64,000 nt of DNA from Candidatus Onthoplasma sp. Its GTDB lineage: Bacteria; Bacillota; Clostridia; Christensenellales; UBA1242. How positions within the stretch are numbered: the stretch's first letter is position 1; each line of letters starts with the position of its first letter. The stretch lies in contig JAZUAD010000005.1 of NCBI GenBank assembly GCA_045637825.1, forward strand, positions 3,198 to 67,197, read 5' to 3'. Below the pieces are notes generated by a model. The model worked only from the letters and a program-made list of their open reading frames with translations. It had not been told where the DNA came from and ran no database searches. Below are positions 18,089 to 26,700 of the stretch, piece by piece. The position numbers and the translations under genes are program-made.

Positions 18089-19264
18089 TTAAATTAATCT
18101 TGTTTCGTTAATGCCTTCCTTAAAGCCACAAGGTCCAGGACATTTATAGTCTGGGAAAGTGCAACGGGCACCCTTTGTATAAAGTGCTAACTCTGCGGCA
18201 CGTGGATGGTTTTTTGCACGTAATTCCTTAACATATTTCTTTAAAATCAAGTCTGTTTGTTGTGCTATTTCAAGTTGAGCAAAAGTGCATTTGCGTTCTT
18301 TCATTTTTTGAATAAACCAGTCAAGACGACCAAACTCATTAATCTTTATCAATAATCCTTGTGGAAAAACTGATGTTTGTTTTTCGCAATCGGTTATCCA
18401 CTCTTTAGTTAATTCATCACTACTACGAATAATAGGTGGAACATAAAATTTAGGTTCGTCAAGAAGTGTCATATTATAATCAATAGTTCTGTGACGTTGT
18501 GCTTGGGCAAGTTGGGCAAAAGTGCCTGCATAAGTTACGCTATATACGTCGCCAAAGTATTGTTCTGGTTCAATCATACTACCAATAAGTGATAGTTTGC
18601 GATTTTTATTAATAACTCCACGCGCAATATCTAAATCTAAATAAGGAGTTTTTTCAATAGAGTTACAAAAGTCTTGCATTGCTGGTTTAAGTGCTTGCAT
18701 AAATGCATTGCTTTCAATGTTGTTAATTTCATTGATAAACATTTGATATAAATAATTAAGTTGTTGATAACTAACGGTGTAAACCATAGAGGTTGGGGTG
18801 AATACTGATATTAAATATCTAGCATTTTCTTGTGCTAATTTTTCAATTTTTTGTTCGGTAAATACATTAGGATATTTTTCTTGATAAGTATCACGAATTA
18901 AGTTTTTATAGGTATCCAACCACTTGTCGTATAACTTTTGCTCATTGTTGCTTAACACCATTTTAGTGTATCTTGCAGATTTTTCACTGGTGTTATATGC
19001 GCCCTCATTATTTAAAATCATTGCAAGACCTTTTGGAATGTCTTCTAGTGACAAGGTTATGTAAGGGTGACCAAATACGCTGTGATGTTGCTGTGTTTTG
19101 GTGCGTTGAACACGCTTAAATGTGCGTTCGGTAGGTTCGTTGCGAAGTGCTTCAAAGTTGTCTGGCATATAGCAAACTCCTGCCGCGTGACCACTTAAGA
19201 TATCAAATTCGTTTTGTGGTGCGATATAGCCCTCGTGAGTAGTTGCTTCGATTGAAATTTTCAT
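18089..19264 (-). CDS. Divergent ThyX-like (flavin-dependent thymidylate synthase family) protein with a Cys-rich tail
   Basis: 391 aa. QQHHSVFGHPYITLSL...TSEKSARYTKM resembles the ThyX H-S-V-x-E-H ... S-Q-R-Y elements. An RHR motif occurs only in the second half (AQAQRHRTIDY). The C-terminus carries CTFPDYKCPGPCGF. Confidence 0.45.
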   Translation of the reverse strand: MKISIEATTHEGYIAPQNEFDILSGHAAGVCYMPDNFEALRNEPTERTFKRVQRTKTQQHHSVFGHPYITLSLEDIPKGLAMILNNEGAYNTSEKSARYTKMVLSNNEQKLYDKWLDTYKNLIRDTYQEKYPNVFTEQKIEKLAQENARYLISVFTPTSMVYTVSYQQLNYLYQMFINEINNIESNAFMQALKPAMQDFCNSIEKTPYLDLDIARGVINKNRKLSLIGSMIEPEQYFGDVYSVTYAGTFAQLAQAQRHRTIDYNMTLLDEPKFYVPPIIRSSDELTKEWITDCEKQTSVFPQGLLIKINEFGRLDWFIQKMKERKCTFAQLEIAQQTDLILKKYVKELRAKNHPRAAELALYTKGARCTFPDYKCPGPCGFKEGINETRLI

Positions 19265-19295
19265 AATAGTTCCTCCTAATACTTAAATTGCTAAC

Positions 19296-19323
19296 ATTAT
19301 AATCTAAACTAAAAATTTGTCAA
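19296..19323 (-). promoter_or_regulatory. Sigma-A-type promoter for the ThyX-like gene
   Basis: On the minus strand: TTGACA (19323-19318), 16-nt spacer, TATAAT (19301-19296). Confidence 0.55.
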
Positions 19324-19372
19324 TATAAAATATAGGTATAAAAAAATAAATTTTAAAAATTTGTAAAAGGGG

Positions 19373-19401
19373 TTTACAAAATAATTTTTATGTGCTATTA
19401 T
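19373..19401 (+). promoter_or_regulatory. Sigma-A-type promoter for rpsO
   Basis: TTTACA (19373-19378), 17-nt spacer, TATTAT (19396-19401). Confidence 0.5.
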
Positions 19402-19481
19402 ATAGAAGTACCTTGACGTTGTGATGAAAGTTTACTCGATTCTCACAAGGTTATAGGCGAATTTATAAAAGGAGAGTAATT

Positions 19482-19739
19482 ATGATTGATAAGAAAGCGA
19501 TTATTGCTGAATATGGCAAGAACGAAAACGACACAGGTTCTACTGAAGTACAAATTGCACTTTTAACTGCACGTATCAATAACTTGACTGAACACTTAAA
19601 GAACAACAAGCAAGATAAACACTCTACTCGTGGTCTTCAAATGATGAACAGCCAACGTCGTGCATTGTTAAGATATTTGGAACAAGAAGATATCGAACGT
19701 TGTCGTGCTATTAAGAAGAAATTAGGTCTTCGTGGTTAA
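19482..19739 (+). CDS. rpsO: 30S ribosomal protein S15
   Basis: 85 aa. [37 protein letters not shown] is S15. Confidence 0.95.
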   Translation: MIDKKAIIAEYGKNENDTGSTEVQIALLTARINNLTEHLKNNKQDKHSTRGLQMMNSQRRALLRYLEQEDIERCRAIKKKLGLRG

Positions 19740-19747
19740 TTTTTAAA

Positions 19748-19775
19748 ACTTCTCACTGATTGTGGGAAGTTTTTT
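19748..19775 (+). terminator. Intrinsic terminator of rpsO
   Basis: 9-bp stem acttctcac / gtgggaagt (one G-U pair), 5-nt loop, then TTTTT. Confidence 0.8.
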
Positions 19776-19849
19776 GTTGTAAAAATTTATAATTGATAAA
19801 ATAAATTAAATTAATTAACGTAATAGCAGATATATTTTTATACTTTTAA

Positions 19850-19878
19850 TTGAAAATTTTATAATAGTGTGATATAAT
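19850..19878 (+). promoter_or_regulatory. Sigma-A-type promoter abutting the holB start codon (apparently leaderless)
   Basis: TTGAAA (19850-19855), 17-nt spacer ending TGa, TATAAT (19873-19878). The holB ATG begins at 19885, 6 nt after the -10, with no SD. Confidence 0.55.
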
Positions 19879-19884
19879 AACAAT

Positions 19885-20805
19885 ATGTTAAAAGCAATTA
19901 AAGATACATCTATATTTAATAGCATTAAGCAAGATATTGTAGCTCCAAGTCATGCATATTTGTTTTATGGCGAAGATGAGAGGTTTAATATTGAACTTGC
20001 TAGGGTTTTTATTGCATCAATTTTTTGTGGAAAACCTGCATGCTTTGTTTGTGAGGCATGTAGAAGAATGGAAATAAATAAAAATCCAGATCTATTAATT
20101 TTGGATAAACCTAATTTGCAAGTGGCGGACATAGATGGTTTGATTGATAATGTACAACTAAAACCGATGTTATATAACTATAAGATTGTGTTTATAACTA
20201 ATGCTGAAGGAATTAATGAAACTGCACAAAATAAATTGCTTAAAACTTTGGAAGAGCCAAACCCGCAGGTGATATTTGTGTTAACTTGTACAAATCTTGA
20301 AAAACTTCTACCAACTATCAAAAGTAGATTAAAAAAGCAATATGTGCCAATGATTGATATTGAAATCTTATCTCAAGATATGAAAAATCAAGGAATAGAT
20401 ATAGACCGATTTATACATTGTGACACAACGCTGACTGATGCGGTTAAATATGCTAATAAAGCGCAAAACGACATATTGAATATTGTGGAAAATTCCATAA
20501 TTTTATTAAAAACAAGTGCAGATATTCCAAAAGTTACATCAAGTTTAAAAATTAAAACAGAACAACGTAAAGAATACTTGAATTTGTTAAGCAAAGCGGT
20601 TGATTGTGCTTTGACGGGAGTTCGTGGAATTTTTAATGATAGTTTTATACAACATTTAAAAGCAACGTTTAATATAAAAATGCTTATAAAAATGTTAAAA
20701 TTAATAGACGAAGCAACTCGAAAATTAAACTCAAATGTTAATTTTAACTATGTAATTGATGAATTATTTTATAACATATTAAAGGAGAAATATTTATGCA
20801 AGTAG
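19885..20805 (+). CDS. holB: DNA polymerase III delta-prime subunit
   Basis: 306 aa. HAYLFYGED, a Zn-module-like CGKPACFVCEACRRM and LKTLEEPNPQVIFVL (clamp-loader box VII region). Confidence 0.8.
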   Translation: MLKAIKDTSIFNSIKQDIVAPSHAYLFYGEDERFNIELARVFIASIFCGKPACFVCEACRRMEINKNPDLLILDKPNLQVADIDGLIDNVQLKPMLYNYKIVFITNAEGINETAQNKLLKTLEEPNPQVIFVLTCTNLEKLLPTIKSRLKKQYVPMIDIEILSQDMKNQGIDIDRFIHCDTTLTDAVKYANKAQNDILNIVENSIILLKTSADIPKVTSSLKIKTEQRKEYLNLLSKAVDCALTGVRGIFNDSFIQHLKATFNIKMLIKMLKLIDEATRKLNSNVNFNYVIDELFYNILKEKYLCK

Positions 20806-21599
20806 GATTAATTTTTAATGAAAGTCCTAAAATACTGTATTATACAACTGAGCAAGAATTTGAACGAGGAACTTGTGTTGTTATTAATTCTGCTAGAGGG
20901 TTAGAATTAGGTAAGGTTGTAAAATATAAAGAGGGAGAAGCCCCTGAATCTTTGGATTTTGTTCGTATGGCAACTACTGAAGATGAGAGTTTGGCTAAAC
21001 AAAATATTGAAGATGCGAAAGAATTGATTCCTGTAGTAAAGGAAGAAATTAATGCTTTTAAACTTGATATGAAGTTATGTTCAATAGAATATACTTTGGA
21101 TAAGGAAAAGGTTATAATTAATTATACTGCTGAGGGTAGGGTTGACTTTAGAGAAATTGTTAAAAGTTTGGCTAATAAACTAAAGTCTAGAATAGAAATG
21201 CATCAAATAGGCAGTCGGGACCAAGTGCAACAAATGGGGGCTATAGGATTATGTGGTCGTGTGTGTTGTTGTAAGGCACACTTAAACGATTTTGATAAAG
21301 TTGTTATAAAAATGGCTAAAAATCAAGGATTGTCACTTAATCCGACCAAATTAAATGGAATGTGTGGTAAGTTGTTATGCTGTTTAAAATATGAGGACGA
21401 TTTTTATGCCGAGATGTTGGCTAAAATGCCAAAAGTTGGTCAACGAGTTGCAACTCCTGATGGCGAGGGTGAAACTTTGTCTTTGGATATTTTGCACGAA
21501 CAAGTAGAGGTTAAATTTGTTAGAGGAGATGAGGTGGAACGAAAAATGTATCCTCTTGCTGAAATTCAATTTTCAAAAATAAGGCGTGACAATGACTAA
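20796..21599 (+). CDS. ricT: PSP1-domain protein RicT (YaaT)
   Basis: 267 aa. Cys-rich centre GLCGRVCCCKAHLNDFD...CGKLLCCLKYE typical of YaaT/PSP1. Overlaps holB by 10 nt. Confidence 0.8.
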   Translation: MQVGLIFNESPKILYYTTEQEFERGTCVVINSARGLELGKVVKYKEGEAPESLDFVRMATTEDESLAKQNIEDAKELIPVVKEEINAFKLDMKLCSIEYTLDKEKVIINYTAEGRVDFREIVKSLANKLKSRIEMHQIGSRDQVQQMGAIGLCGRVCCCKAHLNDFDKVVIKMAKNQGLSLNPTKLNGMCGKLLCCLKYEDDFYAEMLAKMPKVGQRVATPDGEGETLSLDILHEQVEVKFVRGDEVERKMYPLAEIQFSKIRRDND

Positions 21600-22245
21600 T
21601 TTAAGTTTGGAAGAATTTGAAAACGGAATTAAATTATATCAAGATGAAAAACTGTACAAGTTCACATCAGACGCAATAAAACTGGCAAAATTTTGTAGAA
21701 TAAAATCTAGCGATAAGGTGTTGGATATGTGTGCGGGTTGTGGAGTTGTGGGTTTGTATGCCTATAGCATTAACAAATGTGACAAGATTTATTTTAATGA
21801 TATTCAACCTCAAATGTGTAAACTGCTAGACAAAAACATAAAATTAAATAATTTGCAGGATAGTGCAAAGGTTATATGTAAGGACCTTGCTGAGTTGAGT
21901 ATTGACGATTTTGAAAAAGCGTTAGATGTTATTATGTGTAATCCGCCATATTTTAAATTAAATGGCAAAATTACGCCAAGAGAGGATATTGCTATTTGTA
22001 AGCACGAAATTGCAACAAATTTACAAACAATAATATCTAAAGCGGGTAAACTGATTAAACCAAAAGGCAGGTTTTATTTGGTCATTCCTAGTGAAAGATT
22101 GTGTGAATGTGTTATATTGTTAAATAAGGCGGGTTTTGAAGTGAAACAAATTCAATTAGATAACCACAAAGGCGAAAGTAAAATTTGTTTATTAAAAAAT
22201 ATAAAAAATGCAAAAAGCGGGGTGAAAATAACAATAAATACGTAA
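21586..22245 (+). CDS. SAM-dependent N6-adenine methyltransferase, YabB/TrmN6-like
   Basis: VLDMCAGCGVVGL (SAM motif I) and CNPPYF (NPPY motif IV). It sits after ricT, as B. subtilis yabB does. Confidence 0.7.
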   Translation: MTMTNLSLEEFENGIKLYQDEKLYKFTSDAIKLAKFCRIKSSDKVLDMCAGCGVVGLYAYSINKCDKIYFNDIQPQMCKLLDKNIKLNNLQDSAKVICKDLAELSIDDFEKALDVIMCNPPYFKLNGKITPREDIAICKHEIATNLQTIISKAGKLIKPKGRFYLVIPSERLCECVILLNKAGFEVKQIQLDNHKGESKICLLKNIKNAKSGVKITINT

Positions 22246-22322
22246 AATTATCCAAATTTTAAAATATTTTTATAATTTTAATAATAAAATTAATATAGAA
22301 CAAATATTTAAAGGAATATTTT

Positions 22323-23003
22323 ATGGCAGAAATAATTGGAGAGGTTTTTAGCAAAATTTTTGGCGACAATGTTATTTGGGCTACAATAATTGTGTCAATG
22401 GTACCTATTATGGAACTAAAAGGCGGAATCCCTTTTGGAATGAGTAAGGCGTTTTGGGGTGGTAGTGCACTAACAAAGTGGCAGGCATTTTGGTCAGCGT
22501 ATTTAGGCAGTTCGTTAGTTGTTGTGGTGTTATATTTTGTGTTTGTTCCCATAATGAATTTATTAAGGAAAACAAAATTGTTTAAACGTATTGCCAATTG
22601 GGTAGATGGTAGAATTGACAATGGGTTAAAAAAGATAAATAAGGACCAAACTATTAAAGTGGGAAATGTTGAAAGTGCGGAAGTTGGAGGTGTGAAATTA
22701 AATGTGGTACACAAAGATAACAAGCTGGGCAAAATGCTAGGTGTGTTAGGATTTGTTGCTATACCATTACCACTTACTGGAGTTTGGATAGGAACGTGTT
22801 TGTCGGTTGTTTTGGGGCTGAACTTTTGGCAAACCTTTGTATGTGTGCAGGTTGGAAATTTTATTGCTGGGATTATTATATCTACAATATGTGTAATCTT
22901 TCCGCAATTTACACACTGGTTAATTTATATATTTTTAATTTTGGTAATTATTGTAATAATTGCAGAAATAATCAAAAATAAAATATTAAAAAATAAAAAA
23001 TAG
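22323..23003 (+). CDS. Membrane protein, possibly of the small multidrug-export-like (COG2426) family
   Basis: 226 aa. MELKGGIPFGM near the N-terminus, several TM segments and a hydrophilic insert. Confidence 0.45.
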   Translation: MAEIIGEVFSKIFGDNVIWATIIVSMVPIMELKGGIPFGMSKAFWGGSALTKWQAFWSAYLGSSLVVVVLYFVFVPIMNLLRKTKLFKRIANWVDGRIDNGLKKINKDQTIKVGNVESAEVGGVKLNVVHKDNKLGKMLGVLGFVAIPLPLTGVWIGTCLSVVLGLNFWQTFVCVQVGNFIAGIIISTICVIFPQFTHWLIYIFLILVIIVIIAEIIKNKILKNKK

Positions 23004-23033
23004 CGAAAAAATATCAACATTTCGCTATTTTTA
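23002..23033. terminator. Hairpin terminator between convergent genes
   Basis: Stem agcgaaa (23002-23008) / tttcgct (23020-23026), followed by a T-rich run. Confidence 0.5.
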
Positions 23034-23040
23034 TTAAATT

Positions 23041-23460
23041 TTAAAGTATTTTAATGGTTTTATTTGCAAAATATTGAGATATTTCGTAAATTAAATTTAA
23101 TATTAAACTATTTGTTTTCAAATAAATCGTTTGGTAAAAACTTTTTAGTGAGTGTGAATTTAATTTTAAAGATACATTTGTTAAATGTTTGAGCAGTTCA
23201 AAAGGGTTGTTGTTAATAAGGGCTCTATTAGTGCTTTTTTCTTGATATAATATATTTAACAATTGTTTGGCGTTTAATAGTTGATTTAAGGTCTTGTTTT
23301 GAAGATTTAAAGGAAGCATAAATCCGTTGATTTCTAGATTGTGGATAATAGATGTTAACAAGTTAAGAATTTCTACAGGTTGTGGTAGAGAAATTTTTTT
23401 ATATTCATTGTTTATTATTTTATATTGCGTATCGGTTAAAATTAAATCGAAATTATCCAT
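23041..23460 (-). CDS. Hypothetical N/L-rich helical protein (139 aa), divergent from the giant surface gene
   Basis: ORF only. No SD is clearly visible. Low-complexity composition. Confidence 0.4.
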   Translation of the reverse strand: MDNFDLILTDTQYKIINNEYKKISLPQPVEILNLLTSIIHNLEINGFMLPLNLQNKTLNQLLNAKQLLNILYQEKSTNRALINNNPFELLKHLTNVSLKLNSHSLKSFYQTIYLKTNSLILNLIYEISQYFANKTIKIL

Positions 23461-23678
23461 AATTTTATATATGAATTAAATGTGAAATAAATGCAAAAAA
23501 TGATTAATTAATAAAAATTGTTTAAAATGTACGTCAAATTAGATAAAATGCTTAAAAATAGTTAGGTGTTGATGTTGAAAATATTGTAAAAACTGATAAA
23601 AATAATTTAATTAAAAAGAGAAAAACAATAGCAGAAATATAAAGATATATTATATATAATAAAATTTGTTTAAATTGT

Positions 23679-23707
23679 TTGATAAAAATTTGATATTGTG
23701 TTAAAAT
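23679..23707 (+). promoter_or_regulatory. Sigma-A-type promoter for the giant lipoprotein gene
   Basis: TTGATA (23679-23684), 17-nt spacer ending TGt, TAAAAT (23702-23707). The SD aagggga precedes the ATG at 23744. Confidence 0.55.
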
Positions 23708-23743
23708 AATATTGAAAAGTTATCATTACAATAAGGGGAAGAT

Positions 23744-26700
23744 ATGATAAGGACGAAAGCTAAGAGTTTATTATTGAGTTGTATGCTGTTACTAGCATGT
23801 TTTTGTTTTTGGGGTTGTAAGGAAAAAACAAAAGTAGGCGTTGACAGCATTTCTTTTACTGAGCAAAGTATAACAATGTTGGTGGGTGAAGAGTATACTC
23901 CTACAATTAAGTTGTTGCCAAGTTATGCAACTGATCGTAGTTATAAGTTGGTAAGTTATTCAACTGCTTTAAAAGTGGAAGGCGGAACAATAATTGCGCT
24001 AGAAGGTATGTTGGACGTTAAACTTAAAGTTGTAAGTAATGAAAACCCAAATGTTAACGATATTATTACGGTAGATATTTATGAACAAGCCAAGGACCTT
24101 GACGCTCCTACCGAATTAAGATTTGATGGTGACAAGCTTGTTTTTGTAGGAAGGGACAACGCAAATTCTTATATGCTAAAAGTTAATGGTCAGGAAATTA
24201 ATATAGGGAATAATACTGAGTATTCGTTTGCTAGTGTGGTTGAAAAAATGCCTAACCTTTACAATGAAATTATTACTTGTAGTGTTAAGGCAATTGGTGA
24301 TGGCAAGGTGTTTAACGATTCTACATATGGTCAAGAAATATCCATAGTTAAACTTTCTAGCGTTACAAATGCCTATGTGCAAAACGAAACACTTTACTTT
24401 AACGCTATTAAAAACATCAAAAGCTATGATATAAATGTTGTAAAATTAGGTAATATAGTTGCAACAAAGACAATAACTAATCCTAGCTTTGATGTAGTTA
24501 AATTAAGTTTGGATATTAGAGATTTGGCAGATGGTGTTGATGGCGCAGAATATGTGTTAAACATTAAACCTAATATTAGCGGTTATAAATTTGATAATGT
24601 AAGTATTTTTGAGGGATTGCCTACTGAATTAGAATACAATGTGGTAGGAAGTGTAAAAAATGTAACAATTAGTGAAAGGGTTATTAGTTGGCCTTTTGTG
24701 AAAAATGCTCAAAATTATACTGTTGACATCTATAAAGACAATGAAAGATTGCAACGTTTTGAATCAATCACATCTAATAGTTTAAAATTGCCTTATGAAG
24801 ATGCGGGTGAATATTATTGCGTAGTATTGGCAAATTCTAATAAAGAAAACACAACCACAGGAAAAGAGTTTTCACAACCTTTATACTTTAATATATTGTC
24901 GGCTCCTGAGGTTGTTGCTAATAACAATCAAGTGTATTGGCAAGAGGTTGAAGGATCTGATGGTTATTTGGTAACAATTAAAAATAGAGGTGGAGCAACT
25001 CTTGTTGATAAAACATTGATTTTACAAAATTACTATGATGTTAGTGAGTTTGTAGCAGGTACATACAGTATTCAAGTAGTAGCTAATGCAAGTGCTAATG
25101 GTGGAGTTAATGGCGAAGTACTACTATCTTCAGCAATTTCTGATGCGACAACTTGGACTATATTAAATGGTTTGCAACTTAGAGTTAAAAATGGAACCTT
25201 GTATTGGCAAGATTTGGATATTAACAGCAAAAATAAATATCGCATAACTTTTGGTGAAGAAGTTATTGACTTGCCATCGGCAGATTATTATGAAGAAATG
25301 ACTGCCTATGGATACAATTTGTTACAACACGAATTTGAGGCGGGAAACCACATTATAACAATACAAAGCGTGGGTGAAGGTAATGTGTTTGATGCTAAAA
25401 TAAATAGCACAAATATAATCAAACTTGCAGATAGTTCTATTGATAGTTTAATTGATAAAAAGTTTACTATTAATACTGTATCAAGTGCTAGTAGATACAC
25501 TGTTGAAATATTTAAATCAACCGACCTTGCAAATCCTATTAGAGTGTTAGAGGATAAAATTAGTGGAAATAAATTTGCAATAGATGATGCAACTCTTGAG
25601 GCGGGTAATTATGTGGCTAAAGTGCTTGTATATGGTAACGGAACTAATGTGTTTGATGCCGATAATTTGATGGAAGGAACAACTTTTCCTTTTGAAAAAT
25701 TGCCAACTCCAGAAATGTTTGTTGATGAAGGTGAATTAAAATTGGTGATAGAAGATATTGCCAGGGCTCAAAGTTATAAGTTATATCAAAATAATAGCAT
25801 AAAACCTGTAACTGACAGAGAATATTCGCTAAGTGATTTACCTTATGTGGATAATAAAGGTTCGGGGTGTGACTATATTTATAAAGTGCAAGCATTGGGT
25901 AATGGTTTGGAGGTGTTAGATAGTGATTGTACACTAGAGGAAGACCAAATAAAGGTTAGAAAATTGCATACACCAGAAATAACCTTTAGAAAAGAAAGTT
26001 TGGCTTATCATGCTGAAACTTCTTGGGAGAATCGGGTAGGCGATGAAGTATCTGTGGGGTGTAAATTTTTAATAAACGGAATAGAAATATACAGTTTGTC
26101 TGATGAATATGATTGTAGCAATGTTATTGTAGAACCAGGAAACTATATTGCAGAAGCACACCTCTATCCTTCAAGTAGTTCTGGAGGTGAGTATGACCTT
26201 ATTCTACAATCTGACGTTGCATATTATAACTATGTAAACAAATTGGCAGGAGACTGTAGTTTTCAAATTTCTAACGGCGTGTTAATTGTTACACCAGACG
26301 AACATTTGACAGGTGGTGGATATTCGTTAGAATTAACTATTGGAGACGCTATTGTATTAAATGATTTTACATACATTAATTCACGTTTTCAAAAGAACTT
26401 ATACGATAGTAAATATAATGTTATCGAGGAAATATTACCATTGTTAATTGGTGTAGGACAATATTCGGTTAAAACAGTAATTTCTAGCACTAATAATAAT
26501 TTGGTATCCTCAAACGTTACTATATGTGAAAAAGATTTAAAGATTTTGGGCAAGGTTCAAAATATTAACAAAAAGGGACAAAATATTGAGTTTGGCATAG
26601 TAGAGGGGGCTACAAACTATATTGCTATAGTTGATTTGTACGGAAATGAAACAACAATAGACCTTGCAGGAAGATATACAACAGATACGACAAATGTTAT

